64,000 nt of DNA from Octopus sinensis. Its lineage: Eukaryota. The notes under the pieces were generated by a model. It saw nothing but the letters and a program-made list of their open reading frames with translations, was not told where the DNA came from and ran no database searches. Positions 1 to 14,173 of the stretch are shown here, in pieces. A program made the position numbers and the translations under genes. Each line of letters starts with the position of its first letter. Positions within the stretch are counted from its first letter, which is position 1. The stretch is taken from NCBI RefSeq assembly GCF_006345805.1, contig NW_021833061.1, positions 1-64,000 on the forward strand, read 5' to 3'.

Positions 1-325
1 GTCGGTAGGGGGCGGAAGATCTTCCAGGAAGAAGTTTAAAAGGGCCGAGGATAAAGGGGATCCCTGTTAATTGCTCTTTGCCGCGTGGCGAATGATTTTC
101 CACATTTCTCTTATTGATCGATTTCAGTTTACAGTTTTAAGACCCCGATTCAATTTCAAACACTTTAATCCGGCTCCGTCAAAAACGGCCTGCCGCCCGG
201 TGGGATCTTGTATGGGCTCGTGGAAAGATCACCCAGCGAAGATGAGGTCCCTCGTCGACTGCATCGGGATCACGTTACTTTTGTTTGACTCTTATCGTGG
301 TCTTGGCGTTTAAATAAATAAATAT
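1..325. mobile_element. LINE fragments: RT-core remnant (-) and a 3' end with (TAAA)n tail (+)
   Basis: 1-66 on - reads as QGSPLSSALLNFFLEDLP. ~180-325 is the reverse complement of the LINE 3' end at ~6312-6450. Confidence 0.6.
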
Positions 326-849
326 GTTCTGATATAGATCATCATGTCTGAAGTCATTCGTAGGATTTCTTGAGACGATTTCTTTCCTTGGCCAAGGCAG
401 ACCTCCTTCGACCAGTAGCAGCATGTCGTTGGTATAGGATCTTCCTGCCTCCAGAATTATTTTTTTGAAGTACCTAATAACCGTGTCCAGAGAACTAAAG
501 CTGATCAGATGACAATTCTTTATTTTTTATAAAGTTGGAAGAGTATTAACTAACCCGAGGGATTATCAAACCGTGAGATATGAATCCTCACTAAAAAGGT
601 GTCAAACTTAACTCATACTCAGATCGTCAGTAAAGGACAAGTCAGAATATAATAATTGCTTTCCTGGGATTACAAAGTTGGATGAAATCGTCGATGAATT
701 GTTAACAGACTAGTTTTGTTGTGATCAAGTTTTTAAGCACATTGGAGATGTATGCCGACAGTCAATCCAACATGAGATCAGGTTGAAAATCAGGAAAAAT
801 AAACTCACAATTGATTTTAAATAAAGAAAATAATACTATAAGTATAGTG

Positions 850-1530
850 AATGAGAAGGATTGGTTATTTAGTTTAATTGCCAGAAGAGAACTGAATCCT
901 GACTCGCATAAAATTCATACAAAGCCTTTGAAATACTTGTGTATACATTTTCACTATTAAACTCCAAAACTCTTCTAATGTACAGTTGTGAAACTTTATA
1001 AGTTCATTGGTTGTTCTAAGATCGATCAGATTTTCTTTGAGTTTATGATCATCGGACATAATTTTCAGATTACACGAAAATGGACTCCAAAGTCATTCAT
1101 ACGAAATATTTAGTACGAAGAGTAGGATTCATTAAATTTTGATCACTTTTTCAGTGGTTTGAAATTCGTGACATTATATCTTTCTATAGAGATAATTTAT
1201 TTTTGAATGCCGCAGCTTTTTCGTGGCATTTGACTATCTTTACCTTGAAGAGATAAACTTAAGTTATTCATGTGAGTAAAAATGTCAGTCAGATAAGCCA
1301 GAATCTGAATAAATTTGTGATTCTAAATATTGCTATAAATCACAGTTATATTAATAATGAAATAATTTTACTTCTCTTAACTCAAAGAAACGGGTTAAAG
1401 CTTGACATCTTGAGAGCCAGCAAATTTCAATATGAAATAATAAAGTATGAAAAATATTTGCTCTTTAAAAATTAACTATTAATCTTAATAACCTCGCATC
1501 CGCAAAAATTTTTCTTTAACTTTCCGTTAC
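850..1530 (-). pseudogene. Degraded hAT (Charlie/Buster-like) transposase fragment
   Basis: Minus-strand peptides resembling 'LAYLTDIF..MNNL...LQG', 'NPFS' and 'KENLIDLRT...LEEFWS'; stops present. Confidence 0.55.
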
Positions 1531-1593
1531 GAACCGCTGATTTAGATCTTTCGTGATTATAAATACAGAATCCCTGTAAACCAGTGTCTAATC

Positions 1594-1982
1594 CAGGGAT
1601 GGCAAAGATTTTCAGCCAATGTACCAAAAATAGAAATTTACAATTTTAGGTGTGTCCAGTAAAATTATTACCTTAAAAAGCTAATTAAAAATTTAAAAGG
1701 TCACTGTCAGTATTGTGAGGTCTTTTTATATGAAACTGATAATTGATCATTTTCAATTATTTCCAAAGTATATCTCAAATCAACAAATTTTTGTTTCCAA
1801 ATAGAACTGTAAACTATAGGAGGGTTAACCTTGATAAAACAAAATGTTAAAATTATTAAATAGAATTTATATCCCTTCATATTTTAATATTTTAAAAACA
1901 GAAATTCAAAATTTCAAAATGTGTCATCAAAAGTTTCAAAAGTCCCACCCATAGCACGCGTGCCAGTGTTTTGCCATCCCTG
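1594..1982. mobile_element. Non-autonomous hAT MITE (~390 bp)
   Basis: TIR CAGGGATGGCAAA / TTTGCCATCCCTG; imperfect 8-bp TSD gtctaatc/gtctaagt. Confidence 0.8.
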
Positions 1983-2454
1983 GTCTAAGTAAATAGAGTA
2001 CAAGAAACCACGAAAAAGAGAATTCACTTTCAGAAAAAGAGGGAAAAAGATTAAATTTAATCATAAAAGTGGTTTTTAATTTTAACCGCTCTAAAAAATA
2101 TGCAACTATAGGACATACGACACTTTTTGTGGAAATATAAACTGTTTTCAAGGAAATTAAGCAGTGGACTGTGTTCTCACTCATTTACCGAAGAGTGCTG
2201 ATATGTATAAAAACATCAGAAGATATTTATACTCAGCTTATTTAATCACTCTAGAAATATATCACTGATAATTTATCAGTGATAATTGACACTAAATTAC
2301 AGAATAAAATTAACATTAAAAAAATTGCAGATAGAGACCTCAGGAATTTTCGGAAAGGCCGTGATTTAACTTCTCATTGACATTGGTAGGAGGATCTTCT
2401 CGAAGATATAAATAAAATTCATATTTATTAAAATCAAGAATAATTTAAAAAGAA

Positions 2455-2900
2455 AACAAATGACGGAAAACGCCCAGACGGAATGACAATCTTTCCTTTT
2501 CGGGAGGGCAAGTGCCTTGTCTGGGATGCTACGTGCATTGACTCTTTCTCTCCATCGGCAATCATGTCATCTGCCACTTCCCCCGGGTCCGCTGCGGAAA
2601 AGGCTGAGACGGCCAAAATTAAAAAATACCAAGAACTTGGACGCCGTTTTATATTCGTACCAATCGCTTTGGAGACATCGGGCGTCGCAGGGCCTCTAAC
2701 CTCGGCCTTCATCAGCGACATCGGAGGAAATTTGCCCACAGGACGAAAGAGCCACGCGAGGTTTCGTGGCTATTGCAGCGGATATCCATCGCCATTCTCC
2801 GTGGCAACACGCATGCGGTACTTTCCGCAGGAGGGTGCGAGCTTTAGCCCCCCCAGAATTCCCCCTCTGTACATTCCTAACTTAATTTGTTTTCATTTAT
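2455..2900 (+). mobile_element. 5'-truncated CRE-clade retrotransposon (restriction-like endonuclease end)
   Basis: DGKRPDG..LVWDATC..KIKKY..FVPIALETSG, homologous to 43481-43846. Confidence 0.85.
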
Positions 2901-4705
2901 TAAAATTAAAATTATCAAACTATGATTAACCTATTTTTAAAGGTAAGCCTGATAAATTATAGGATGCTGATACACGTGGTTGACCTAGTTTATTGCTCTT
3001 TTATGTGTACTTTGCTACATTATTATTTAATTTGATTCTTAAGGAATAACTCTTCATGAACATTCATTTCCTGATTTCAGAATTTGAAATTTTATCATTT
3101 GTATCATTTATTTTGATTTTATTCCTTCAAAGTGAATCTCTTTTATTATTTGGACATTTTTTTGTTTTTATACTTCATCTTATTCTGATTTATCTATTAA
3201 CAAAAAATTTATTTAAAATAACGAAGGATCAAAAAAGGATCAAATAAAATCAATCAGTAGGAGACATTCAATAAATTAAAGTCTTTGATTTTGTCCGTTT
3301 TACGGCGTGTTTACTATCTGGCTATATCGTAGTCTACCAAAATCACTAAAAATGTGGATTTTCACAAAAGTCCTGACATGATTAAATAAAAACACCGACT
3401 TGTCCTCTGAACTTATGAAACCCAAAGACGGAGTGATAAGTTCTTAGATGCTTGTTGTCGAATATTTTTTACCAGCTCCGACTGAAAACACATCCATTAT
3501 GACTGGTTTATGGAAAGAATCGGACACAATGGATGTGTTAACAACTCCCAAAACTGATTCCACGGAGATTTTACAACTGATATCAGTTCTAAACAACAAT
3601 ATCTTTTTTATATAAATTTACTTAAATTTTCAACATGAGAATAATTCAAAATAATTTCCTCGATTGTTCTAGAATCTAGAACTCCCCGTTATCCTCGAAG
3701 TCCCTGGCGAGCCCAAGGAGGAGGACTCTTACCTGCCCTACCTTGCGTTCAAGCCTGACAAGCCGATGCATGCCAGGACCGAGCGGGCTGGACTTTTCCA
3801 GTTCCCCTTCAACGCTGTAAAAGTTCTCATACTTCTCCCACCCATGCAGGAATTGGGTGGGGTCCCTTTTCAGGATTCTATACCACTTAGATGGTTGTAT
3901 CGAGTCCAGAATACAAAATTATTCTAGAATATTCTTAAAATTTCTAAATACAGTTTGAGAGAAGTGTCATTAAAATGAAAAAGTTTCCGTCTCGAACACG
4001 TGTGTATATTCCCTCCACAGTCCAATTAATAAAGCAATTGGATTTAAAGATATAAATGTCGACGATTTATTCTGTGAATTTGTTAATGTTACATCGTTCT
4101 GGTCAGCAAAAAATAAGGATTGGAAAACTAATCAGGATAATTGCGAATTAAATATAAACGAATTTCTTAGTTAATTTTAGCTAAAGATATTTTTTGTTTT
4201 ACTGTAAAAATTTTTTTGTCTAGGCCGGATTTTGATTATTGAAATCAACAAATGTCCCGTATTTCCAGAATAATAAAGTGGTCATACAGGACATAAACAA
4301 GAGACCAAATGCCAACCAAAAATGAGTAGCTCTACCAGAGAGTATTTCAGTGACAATTTGCGATTCCCACACTTCTTTCTTACATTAGGACTAGACAATC
4401 AACAAGTAACTTTCTTTGATCTTATTTTAGTAGCCAAGTTAAAGTTTGCAAGTTTAAATATGTTTGCACAAATTAGAATGTTACTTGGTTTATGCTTTTG
4501 TGGATGACACTACTTAAATGAATTTACTCAGCACACAATTTCTGCATTATTCCTCCCATGTCTTTTTTGTCATTTCAACAATGCCTTATCAATGAAACCT
4601 TATTATTATTCAATTTTAGAATAATGCAAATTGGCCACAATTACAAAGATAGCCCAAGACCGCAGTAAATTCAAATAAAACAACCCTAATGCGCATTGTT
4701 TGAGA

Positions 4706-6070
4706 ATGTTTCAAACAAGCACTGCACGAGCCATTAACCAAATGTTATCCTGGTCCAAAAAAGTGTGTGCCGGCTACCCGGGACTAGAAATAAAGGACAT
4801 GAACAAGTCATGGAAAGACGGTCGAGCATTCTGCGCAATAGTTCATCGATTCAGACCCGATTTGTTGTAAGAACAGAGATTGCAACTCCTAGGGACTTTG
4901 GACACCTCAATCCCGATGATGTCTACGGAAACACGACATGGTAAATCCTTGTCTAACTCTTCAGATCTTTGCCCTTGCTGAACAGAAACTCGGAATCCCC
5001 GCTTTTTGACCCAGAGGATATGGTTGCACTGCCGTACCCTGACCGACTGAGTATAATGACATATCTTCTCCAATTCTACCAATACTTTAAAGACACCCCA
5101 ATAGGTTTTTACGAAAACAAAATTTAGGTCCACGTCCGCCATTGAATCGCAAGAAATTGAACAAAGACCAAGGTCTCACGTTGGGAAGGAAAAGAACAGT
5201 CACTGTAAATGAGACAGCCGTCGGGGTCAAAGAGTGTGCTCGATGTAAAAAGAAGATATATATGCTGGAAATGGATGTGGAAGACGGTCTTTCCGTGCAC
5301 AGGACATGTAAACAAGCTCCGAAACAGTCTCTGGAGTTGGACGACATACCATTGGTGACTGCCAAACGGCGGGAAGATGGGACGATTCAAATTAGCACTC
5401 CTTCGTGTTCTCACTTCCACGGTGCCGTGGAATCCGTTTCCTCACTCAGGGAAAAATTTGAAAACATGAGAAATGTTAATAGTCAAGGAAAAAGCACCAA
5501 TCAACTCAATACGCGAATTGAAGCTGGAAACAAGTCCCCGAAGTCCATCATTCCTTCTTAAGTAGGAGTTCTTGGAGATGAGAAGTCTGATGAAATGGTC
5601 GGCCATACTGGGGAATTGCATCAGAAAATTGACGAAATAGACTTAAAGCTCTCGGAACAGTCAATTCTCGAATTGAATTGGAAAATGAGGCCAGAAAAGT
5701 CGAAGATCTAGTACGAGTGGGTGATGAAATATATTTTAATGTTTAGCCAAGCCAGGAAGCAAACTGCAGGCCAAGTGGCTGGCCATTCTCGACCGAAGAT
5801 TAGTGTTGGTATTAGCGGAAAGTCGACTTTCGATTGAGTTGTCGATATTGTTTGTATATAAGGCGGGAGTACAATGTTTTGTGTGCCAAGCAAGGGCGGA
5901 TTAAAAAACGATGGAAATTGGCCGCAACGAACACTTGGTTGACCAATATGCACAAATTGTCAAAAGAAAAAACTTTCTGATGACTGCACTAAAGTATAAC
6001 GGAGTGATTAGTTTAGCAATTCTGTCAAAAAAGAGGATCAGATCAAACGTAGTTAAACCAAGATAATTTT
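4706..6070 (+). CDS. MICAL-like protein (calponin-homology + partial LIM + C-terminal bMERB-like coiled coil), with micro-introns
   Basis: Spliced reading [43 protein letters not shown]...[29 protein letters not shown] is a type-2 CH domain. [13 protein letters not shown] is LIM-like. GT-AG introns at 4867-4892, 4941-4964 and 5105-5127. 3' end approximate; apparent 1-nt indels. Confidence 0.8.
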
Positions 6071-6311
6071 TTAGAACTTCAAAATATCATTATTTTGTTA
6101 TTTTTGAATCCTAGAATACTTTTTTGCGTGTGTATATTCTACCATCTTCAATGCAAAAAAAGTAAAGACAATTTCATCCTAGGTAAAAACTGAATTAAGC
6201 TAGATTATCATATTGGTGGAATTGTCGACATTTATGCATTATAGATTATCTATTGAGGTCAGAACATCAAATAACAATAAAATTTCTAAATTAGTTAGGA
6301 CATTTATTTTG

Positions 6312-7195
6312 TTTATTTATTTAACCGCCAAGACCACGATAAGAGTCAAACAAAAGTCACATGATCTCGATGCACTCGATTAGGGACCTCATCTTCGCTC
6401 GGTGATCTTTCCACGAGTCCACACAAGTCGGGCGGCTGGCCGCATTTTTCGGGGCATTTGCAAATAGACTGAGGTTTAACTTTATTGGGTCTTTCAGAGG
6501 AGCCGGACCGGAGCGTTTGTTATCGTGCGACCAACGTTCGGTTGATCTATGGGCTCTTTGTTGGATTTCCTCAATTCTCCTCCTGCTAGATTACGATAAC
6601 CACCGACCCCATGATCCGCAGGCGTAGGAAATAGGCGGTTCAAAGTATTGACGGTAAATATTAGCCAATTCCGGGTGGGAATCGTTTTTCCATAAACCGG
6701 ATAGGCTTCTGAGCACGTTCATTTTTTTCTCACATTTAAGAAAGAGGTTGTTTGCGTGCGGGGAGAAGCAACGTGAGATTGACGTTGTGGTATAGCCATT
6801 GCTCTTGCTTCCAGAATAATCATTGAGAAGAAGCCGATGGCCTTGTTGAAAGAGCTAAAGTTGTACAGATTGCAGTTCTTTAGTTTCGTGTTCAATATCT
6901 CTCTGAACCATGCTTAGTTCGCCGCATTGTAATAGTATGGAATGGGAACTTTTCTAGTGACAACTTTCCTTTTGATCTTTACCGCGATCGGGTTGTGGTT
7001 GCTTCTCGTTGCATAGAATACTGACCACTCCGTAGATAATTCGAGGGATGAAGAGCATAGAGTTACATCGGGTGACGTAGGTTTATCAGTCACCCTGAGT
7101 GGGATCCTTGTGTTCCTCGAAGGATCGTTCAGAATTGTAAAGGAGTCCATTTGGGAAAGTAAAGAGTTCCCTCTCGTATCTGCCAATTGAGTTGA
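6312..7195 (-). mobile_element. Rearranged LINE remnant (APE C-terminus, later ORF2 pieces, 3' UTR with (TAAA)n tail)
   Basis: SPDVTL..W....SNHNPI APE motif; 3' end matches 180-325. Confidence 0.65.
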
Positions 7196-8620
7196 AAACA
7201 ACGAATGAATTTCATTTTGGTAGGCATGAATATATTCTAATGACAAATATTTCTGGTTATTATAATTTAAAAGAAACAACGAATAAATTGCATTTTGGTA
7301 GGCATGAATATATTCTAATGACAAATATTTCTGGTTTAATAAATATAAAGATATACAGTAAACCAAAATAAAAAACGAACACTACATTTTTCCTAAAATT
7401 TCCAAGAAACGAATCAAAAAAAATATCTAAATAGAATTTTAACAATATATAAACAATAACTAATATTTTTATTTTTGCAAAAAAAATATATTTACCGCCT
7501 TTTTACGGCAAAAGTATAATCTGAACCAAAATAAAAAACGAACAAAATTTTATTTTATTTAGTATGCCCACCACGTGTCGCAATTACAGACAATATTCGT
7601 TCACTCATAGTTCCTACCAATGATTTTGCATAATCCACTCCTATCTCATTCCAAATTTTTTGTAATTCTTCAAAAAGTTCCTCTTTTTTGGAATACGATT
7701 TCCTCCTTATTTTTGCCTTCATATAGCTCCATAAGTGTTCAATGGGGTTAAGATCCGGGCTTTGCGCTGGCCAAGGTAGCAATTCGATATTATTAGTCTC
7801 AAAGAATATTTTTGCAAGCACACATGTGTGTTTTAGGTCGTTGTCCTGTTGAAAAATTGGATCAATAATCCTATTTTTTCCAGAAATGGCAACAAATTGT
7901 TTGCCAAAATGTTAACATACAATGATTCATTCATTATTTTTTTTATCCAAACCAGATTACTAAAATATTCAGACGTAAATGCACCACATATCATCACACT
8001 TCCTTTTCCAAATTTTACGGTTTCAGTAATATTGCGTGAAACAAACTTTTCGGATTGTTGTCTTTATACAAATCTTCGTCCGTCGTTGTTTACTAAGTTG
8101 AATTTTCATTCGTCGCTGAATATAACGTAATTCCAATAGCATATTCCATCTTTGACAGATTTCCATTCTTCGTTCTTTGTGTTTTTTAGTAAGATGTGGT
8201 CTTATAGTCGGCGGAAATGCTTTAAACCTCTTTGTTTTAGTGTATTTCTGATTGTTTCAGGTGTTACATTTTTCCCAGTTTCTTCTTTCAGTGCCTTCGC
8301 ATATTTTACGCAATTAAATTTTGGATCTTCAATCCTTGCCTTATTGATTTTTTTAAAATCATGTTCATTTAGGAGCCGGGGACGACCAAAACCATATTTT
8401 CTTGAGCATGGAATATTTTGTTTATATTTTCGAATTGTTTTCGATATGGTATCAAGTGATCTTTTACACCATCTTTTAGTTATACGTTGTATTTCGCGAT
8501 ACGTCTTCCGCATTTGTAAATACCGATAATTGTTCCCTTTTCTTCAAAACTCAATTGTCTGGCCATAATAGTTATTATAGCGTCCAAATATTAATAATTT
8601 TCTAAAAAATCATTATTTAA

Positions 8621-9297
8621 TGTGACCGGTTGATACGAGCCCAGGTTGAATACGAGCCGTTAAACGAGCCGTCAAAGTGGCGTTATACAGCCGTTAATGG
8701 CGTGAATGCCGTTAAATCATATTAGGGTTAGGGTTAGGGTCAGGTTAGGGTCGGGTTAGGGTCAGGTTAGGGTTAGGGTTAGGGTCAGGGTAGGGTCAGG
8801 GTCAGGTTAGGGTCAGGGTAGGGTCAGGTTAGGGTCAGGTTAGGGTCAGGGTTAGCGTCAGGGTTAGCGTCAGGGTTAGCGTCAGGGTTAGCGTCAGGGT
8901 TAGCGTCAGGGTCAGCGTCAGGGTCAGGGATTAGGGTTAGGGTCTGTTTTCTTTAGTGTCTTTTTTATGATGAATATGTTTAAAATAACGTTGAAATCAT
9001 TTATAGTTAGAGTTAAAGTAAGATTAGAGTTAAAGTTGTTACAAACTTGTAATTTGCTAATGTTGCAATTATAATATCAAAAATAAAAATAATTCCATTA
9101 TAATTGCTAATGTTGTAAATAATTTTACTATTTTAAGAAACATGGTTCAATATAAAACATCATTTTTTCAAAAATTTAAAGTTCAATCATTAGTTCGGAA
9201 CGTTTGCCTTTATTGTAATTGGCCTTTTGAACGGTTATTAATTATCGATCTTTTTAGCGGCTCGTATTCAACCGTATCTCATTATGAACCGGTCACA
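8621..9297. mobile_element. Non-autonomous TIR element carrying a telomeric array, nested in Tc1
   Basis: TGTGACCGGTT...AACCGGTCACA termini plus subterminal inverted GTTGAATACGAGCCG/CGGCTCGTATTCAAC; no long ORF. Confidence 0.75.
8722..8942 (+). repeat. Interstitial telomeric repeat (TTAGGG with TCAGGG, TCAGG, TTAGCG variants)
   Basis: Read directly from the sequence. Confidence 0.95.
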
Positions 9298-9519
9298 TGT
9301 AATAACATTTACAAATAAAAAATTTTGTTCGTTTTTTATTTTGGTTCAGATTATACTTTTGTTGTAAAAAGGCGGTAAATATATTTTTTTTGCAAAAATA
9401 AAAATATTAGTTATTGTTTATATATTGTTAAAATTCTATTTAGATATTTTTTTTGATTCGTTTCTTGGAAATTTTAGGAAAAATGTAGTGTTCGTTTTTT
9501 ATTTGGTTTACTGTATGTG

Positions 9520-11560
9520 CTGATTTTGATGCGTATCTAATTGATAGAAATTGAATTTAACAAAAACCACCGTTTTCAAGAATTCTTCCTATGCCCAGCT
9601 AGCAACTACTTATGCTTACCAATGAGTGAACCTTCCGTACTAAAAGCGTACATTACTCTAACCAATAATCCCGAAATAGCCTGATTCATGGATCAATAAT
9701 TATTAAAAATATTATGTTCTGTAATTTTATTATTAAAAAATTGAGAAGAAAACTGCGCATTAATTTGAAGATAATTTGGATCAGTTTATCCAAACTAACA
9801 ATGCAATCTCATAGCAAATTAACCATTTCAAACATCAATGCTTACAAGAAGCAATCAACGACATTGACACGACAAACCCTAAAAATACGATATGGGATCT
9901 AGTGTCTAGCTCAATGAAGTGGACAGCTCTAACCCAAGTACTGCAGGAGCACTAAATAAACATTTATCAAGTATTGAGAGAGTTTATTTATCATTTACCT
10001 AGAGGCAGCAGTCAGAGATTTCAGATCTCTTGTAAACAATAGCAAATACAATAATATATGCCGATGTTGACTTTGTCTTTGACGACGCTGAAACCATTTA
10101 GCATATTATTAAAACACTACAAACTATATTTTCCACAGTCAATCATAACAAAACGGAATACACAAAAATTGTTCTAGCTAAACGCACTTATGATGAATCT
10201 TGGAGAAAGCACAAAAAAGTCGGATTACTGCTAGGTGACTCTAGAGATGTCACTTATAGAAAGATACCATCATTCGCTACGTATAATAAACTCTTAAACA
10301 TTTGGCGTCAAAGAAGGTTAAATACAAAGACAAAACTGCAAATTTATAACGCGTTTATTGTTCCAGTCCTGACGTATAACAGATCGACATGGGGAATCAT
10401 CAAAGCTAAATAAACAGTTTTAAACAATTTTATCAAAATCAACTGAGAAGAATTATAAACACAGAATTCCCTGTTTTGCCGTCGTAGCGCTGACTTTTTC
10501 CATTTCCATGGAAATCCTAAATTTGGCCAAATTTTGACTCGACAGTCTCACTCCGCCGAATATCCCGATGAAAAGCTATTTTGTCTGACCCGAAGGGGCA
10601 TTCCGTTAAAAGCCCAGAGCCACCCTACCTACCGCATTAAACAAAGGCTTAGCAGGAATAAACAAAAAATTGCAAATTGAAGAGGATTTCTATGCACTAA
10701 GAGCTTCGACAGCACTAACAGAGTAAAATTTGTGAATTTTTTAAAGAAACTGCTCGACGAAGACCGTTTAATACTAATAAGTTTATTACTTTCTGAAACC
10801 GACCTATCTGTGAAAATTAGAACTAAGCAGCCAGAGATTTAACACTAATATGGGCACTCCACAGGGAGATTCTCTATCTCTTGTTCTATTTATCATATAC
10901 CTCGAGGCAGCCCTCAAAGAGCCAAGAAACAATATTCGGTCAAACAATGAAAAAATTACCGAATGCCGATGATGAGACTTTGTCTCTATTGACCAGAAAA
11001 CACTTGACCAAGTTTTACTCAAGGTCGAAAATATATTGAGTAAATGAAATCTACGCATAAACATTACGAAGACTGACTATATACGAATCGAACGAACAAA
11101 ATGAAGAAATGACAAGCACTGAAGGCATACAAAAAAATCTCAAAAAACGATTTAGAGAAGCTAGATGAATTTCACAGGAACCAACTCGGTATATTGATCG
11201 GAATCTTCTGGCCAAGAAAAATCTCAAATGAAAAACTATTCAATCTATGTAAATCTAGACCAATCAGCATGAACGTTATTTTATCAAGATGGAAACTATT
11301 TGACATATCCTTAGACTGAACTCTACTACCCCATGTAACAAAATAATGGATGAATACTTCCGCTCCGGAAGTTATGGGTATCGAGGGTGACCAACGAGCA
11401 CGCTTGCAACATGCTTGAAAAAAGACTACGCAACAATCGGTAGTAAACTAGTGACGGCGGACGATCTGGACGATGTTCGAATGAGAGTCAGAAACAAGAG
11501 AGCGTATGCGAAGCTGGCGGGAAAAATGGCTCTAAGCATAGCTTAAGTGAAACCCTTCTT
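9520..11560 (+). mobile_element. Degraded RTE-like LINE RT fragments (two pieces)
   Basis: GTPQGDSLSLVLFIIYLEAAL (~10850), YADD-like motif (~10060), 'KLQIYNAFIVPVLTY..TW' C-terminal motif; many stops. Confidence 0.65.
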
Positions 11561-12959
11561 GGGCAACGCGAAAGAGCTTCTAATTAACTAAATATAGGCA
11601 AATCGAGCCCAAGTTAAGGCTAAATGTGCTCCTAGACACCTGTGAACTAGTATCCAAAATACATTTTATTAAGTTATTAGTCAATTAAACTATCGAGTTT
11701 TCGTCCATTTTATATGCGTTTTTTCTTGTATATTTTGGAATATAGGGTTTGCTTTGGAAAAATTAGGATTTATTTCATTTCGTGTCTAATTGCACTCGCT
11801 TTTTCGAAACATGTGAATTCAGTCAGTTTTTTTTTATTGAGAGCAAACAGTTTCCCATTTGAAGTGGCTCTCCTCAATATAGGATTTGTGGAATGTCGAT
11901 TAAATGGCCAGAGTTTTTGGTTCATCTCAACTTTACTCAACATATTGAATATTTCTTGGTCAGTCTTTTTCTGCGGTTTTTGCTTTCTTGCCCGAGGTCT
12001 TTGAACCTTGCTTTTTTTGCGAATTTATCAGTTTTAATCTCCTAAACTAGTAAAGAACGATTTACCTCACAAAACTTAAAGTTATGATCATAAATACTTT
12101 TTAAACATCAAAAATCTCGCTAAAATTAAATGCGTCGTGAAAATCGACATATTGGCGATAATATCATAGACGGAAATGCTGAACTGACAGACAAATATGT
12201 ATGCACACAGATTCCTGTACTCGAATAACTTAGACTATAATGTCAGGTTTAACCTATTTGATGTTTTTTATTTTGAACGAAATTTTATCAGATCTAGCGT
12301 AGTCCTTGGCCTAGATGTTCTCAATTTTCTCCCAATCCAGGTTACTGACAATGCTCCTGACTTAGTCTTGGTTTGATCAAAGCGATTTCGTGTTGATGCG
12401 TTTGTCTTCCGCACTTTATTGGTCGATTTAGGAATCATTTCCTTCTTCACCAACTGAATTTTCGAACACAGGGAAAACTTGGAGTCGGTGGGGGAAGAAA
12501 TTGGTTGTGGAGAAACTGACTCGAAGGACTTAATTCACTACTTTGATTTGGCCGAGTCGGTGAGGAACTTTTTAGGCTTCTGTGGAGTATGACTGTTTTC
12601 TATGTACCAAGATGAGACATTCAGGTCTGCAGTGGTAGAAGAAATGTTTTACCTGTCAATATTTTAGAATAAATGTTAACGTGTCTGATTGATTTTGAAA
12701 GTTTGCTTGATTAGATGAGTGCAGTGGTACCTAAGAGTCAATCCACCCCAGTCATACCTTTACAATGTGGGAATTGCAATATTAGTATTATTCAATTCAA
12801 ATCCCTTAATTATAATCAACAAAATTATCTAATTAAGATTCCAGATCGTCAGTGATTTCCCTTCTTTGCTTGGAAGAAGAGTTTGCCACAAAATTTCTTT
12901 TATTTTCCATTTTTGTGTCAAGGTTTTTGTTCTTCTCGCATTCTAGCTTTACAAATTAT

Positions 12960-13262
12960 TTGTCAGCAAGAAGTAGTCATTGTCGTCAACCTTCATTTTA
13001 TGTTTGTGTTCAATGAGTATATTCCCAGGAGTCCTATTTAAAGTAACCGTATGTTCTTGTTTTTTTCAATGGATAACTTATCCATATGACTTTTAAAGAA
13101 CTTTGAGAAAACTCCATTTCATGTTAAGATTACAAAAATAATCTTTACTTTTGCTTCATAGAAAACCGCCAGTTCGTTTGCAAACAGGTCGCATTTGTAC
13201 AAAATTCTTCACTTTAACTCCCTTTAAGCTGGATTGTGAGATAATGTCCACTTCAATTAAAG
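12960..13262 (-). mobile_element. R4/Dong-like RLE 3' fragment
   Basis: Nucleotide and peptide similarity to 52430-52715 (KYKCDLFANELA..YEAKVKII). Confidence 0.7.
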
Positions 13263-14173
13263 TTACAGTCAAACCTCTTGAATATACCACCTCTATAATT
13301 TGCCACTTTCTTTTTTTTACCGAAAAATGAGATTTTGTTTTTCCATTATTTTTTTCTATTTTCTACCAAAAAATTAGTCAGGTGTCTTTGTTTTGTGTTT
13401 TGATGAGTCATTGTGTTTTTTATATGTTTATCAAAGTACAGCTTATTTCTATTAGAAAAAACTATGTCTGATAATTAACAATCGCTTTAAATCTCTGAAT
13501 TTAAAAGAAAAATCGACATTATTGAATACTGCAAAAAAACAATTAGGCGCAGCATAATCTGAATCACATTGAACGGGACTGCTTATTTTAAAGCTGAGAA
13601 GATTGATCTATGGAGTCACGATGGAAGAGATACAGCAGATTTGATTGATCTTCGACGTTATGATTTTTTTAGTCAATCCTGTCACAGTGGCTGTCAAAAT
13701 TAATTGCATTTGCTTCTAATTAATAAGCGTTTCAACAATAAAAAATTTATTAAAATTAAGCGTCTATGTTTTTTACTCGATTCATATTAATTATTTTAGA
13801 TTTCCCCGAACATTTAATTATCTATCCTTTTTTTATTAATTTGATTTTATACAACAATAAATTAAACGTAGGACAATTTATTTTGACGATTTCGAATTAC
13901 CGGCGTATAAGATGGCCTGGCTGTTCCCCGTGACTGTATCCCAAACCGGCTGACCTTGAACTTTCAAAACTCAACATGAAATAAAACTCACAACCCGCCA
14001 AATATGAGGGGAACCACACAAAATGACTCCAAGATCGTCAAAGGACAAGTCTTAAAAAAAGATTATTCACAATTTATGTTTCAATGTTCTGTGGATTTTA
14101 TAACTTTTCTTTTTCTAATTTTTTTTGTTAATATTAATTGAATAAAATTTGATAATATTTCCATGACTTTAAA

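Larger units (their letters stand above)
7356..9513 (-). mobile_element. Tc1/mariner transposon, family A, with ~200-bp IR/DR-type TIRs
   Basis: TA|CAGTAAACCAAA...TTTGGTTTACTG|TA. HTH ORF 8202-8513 (GRPR) and DDE C-terminus WPAQSPDLNPIEHLW (7555-7821). AACCAAAATAAAAAACGAAC is repeated within the TIR. Confidence 0.92.

Noticed and set aside
8722-8942. True chromosome end or fusion site
   Set aside because: Short, single-orientation, degenerate, and enclosed by TIRs within a Tc1.
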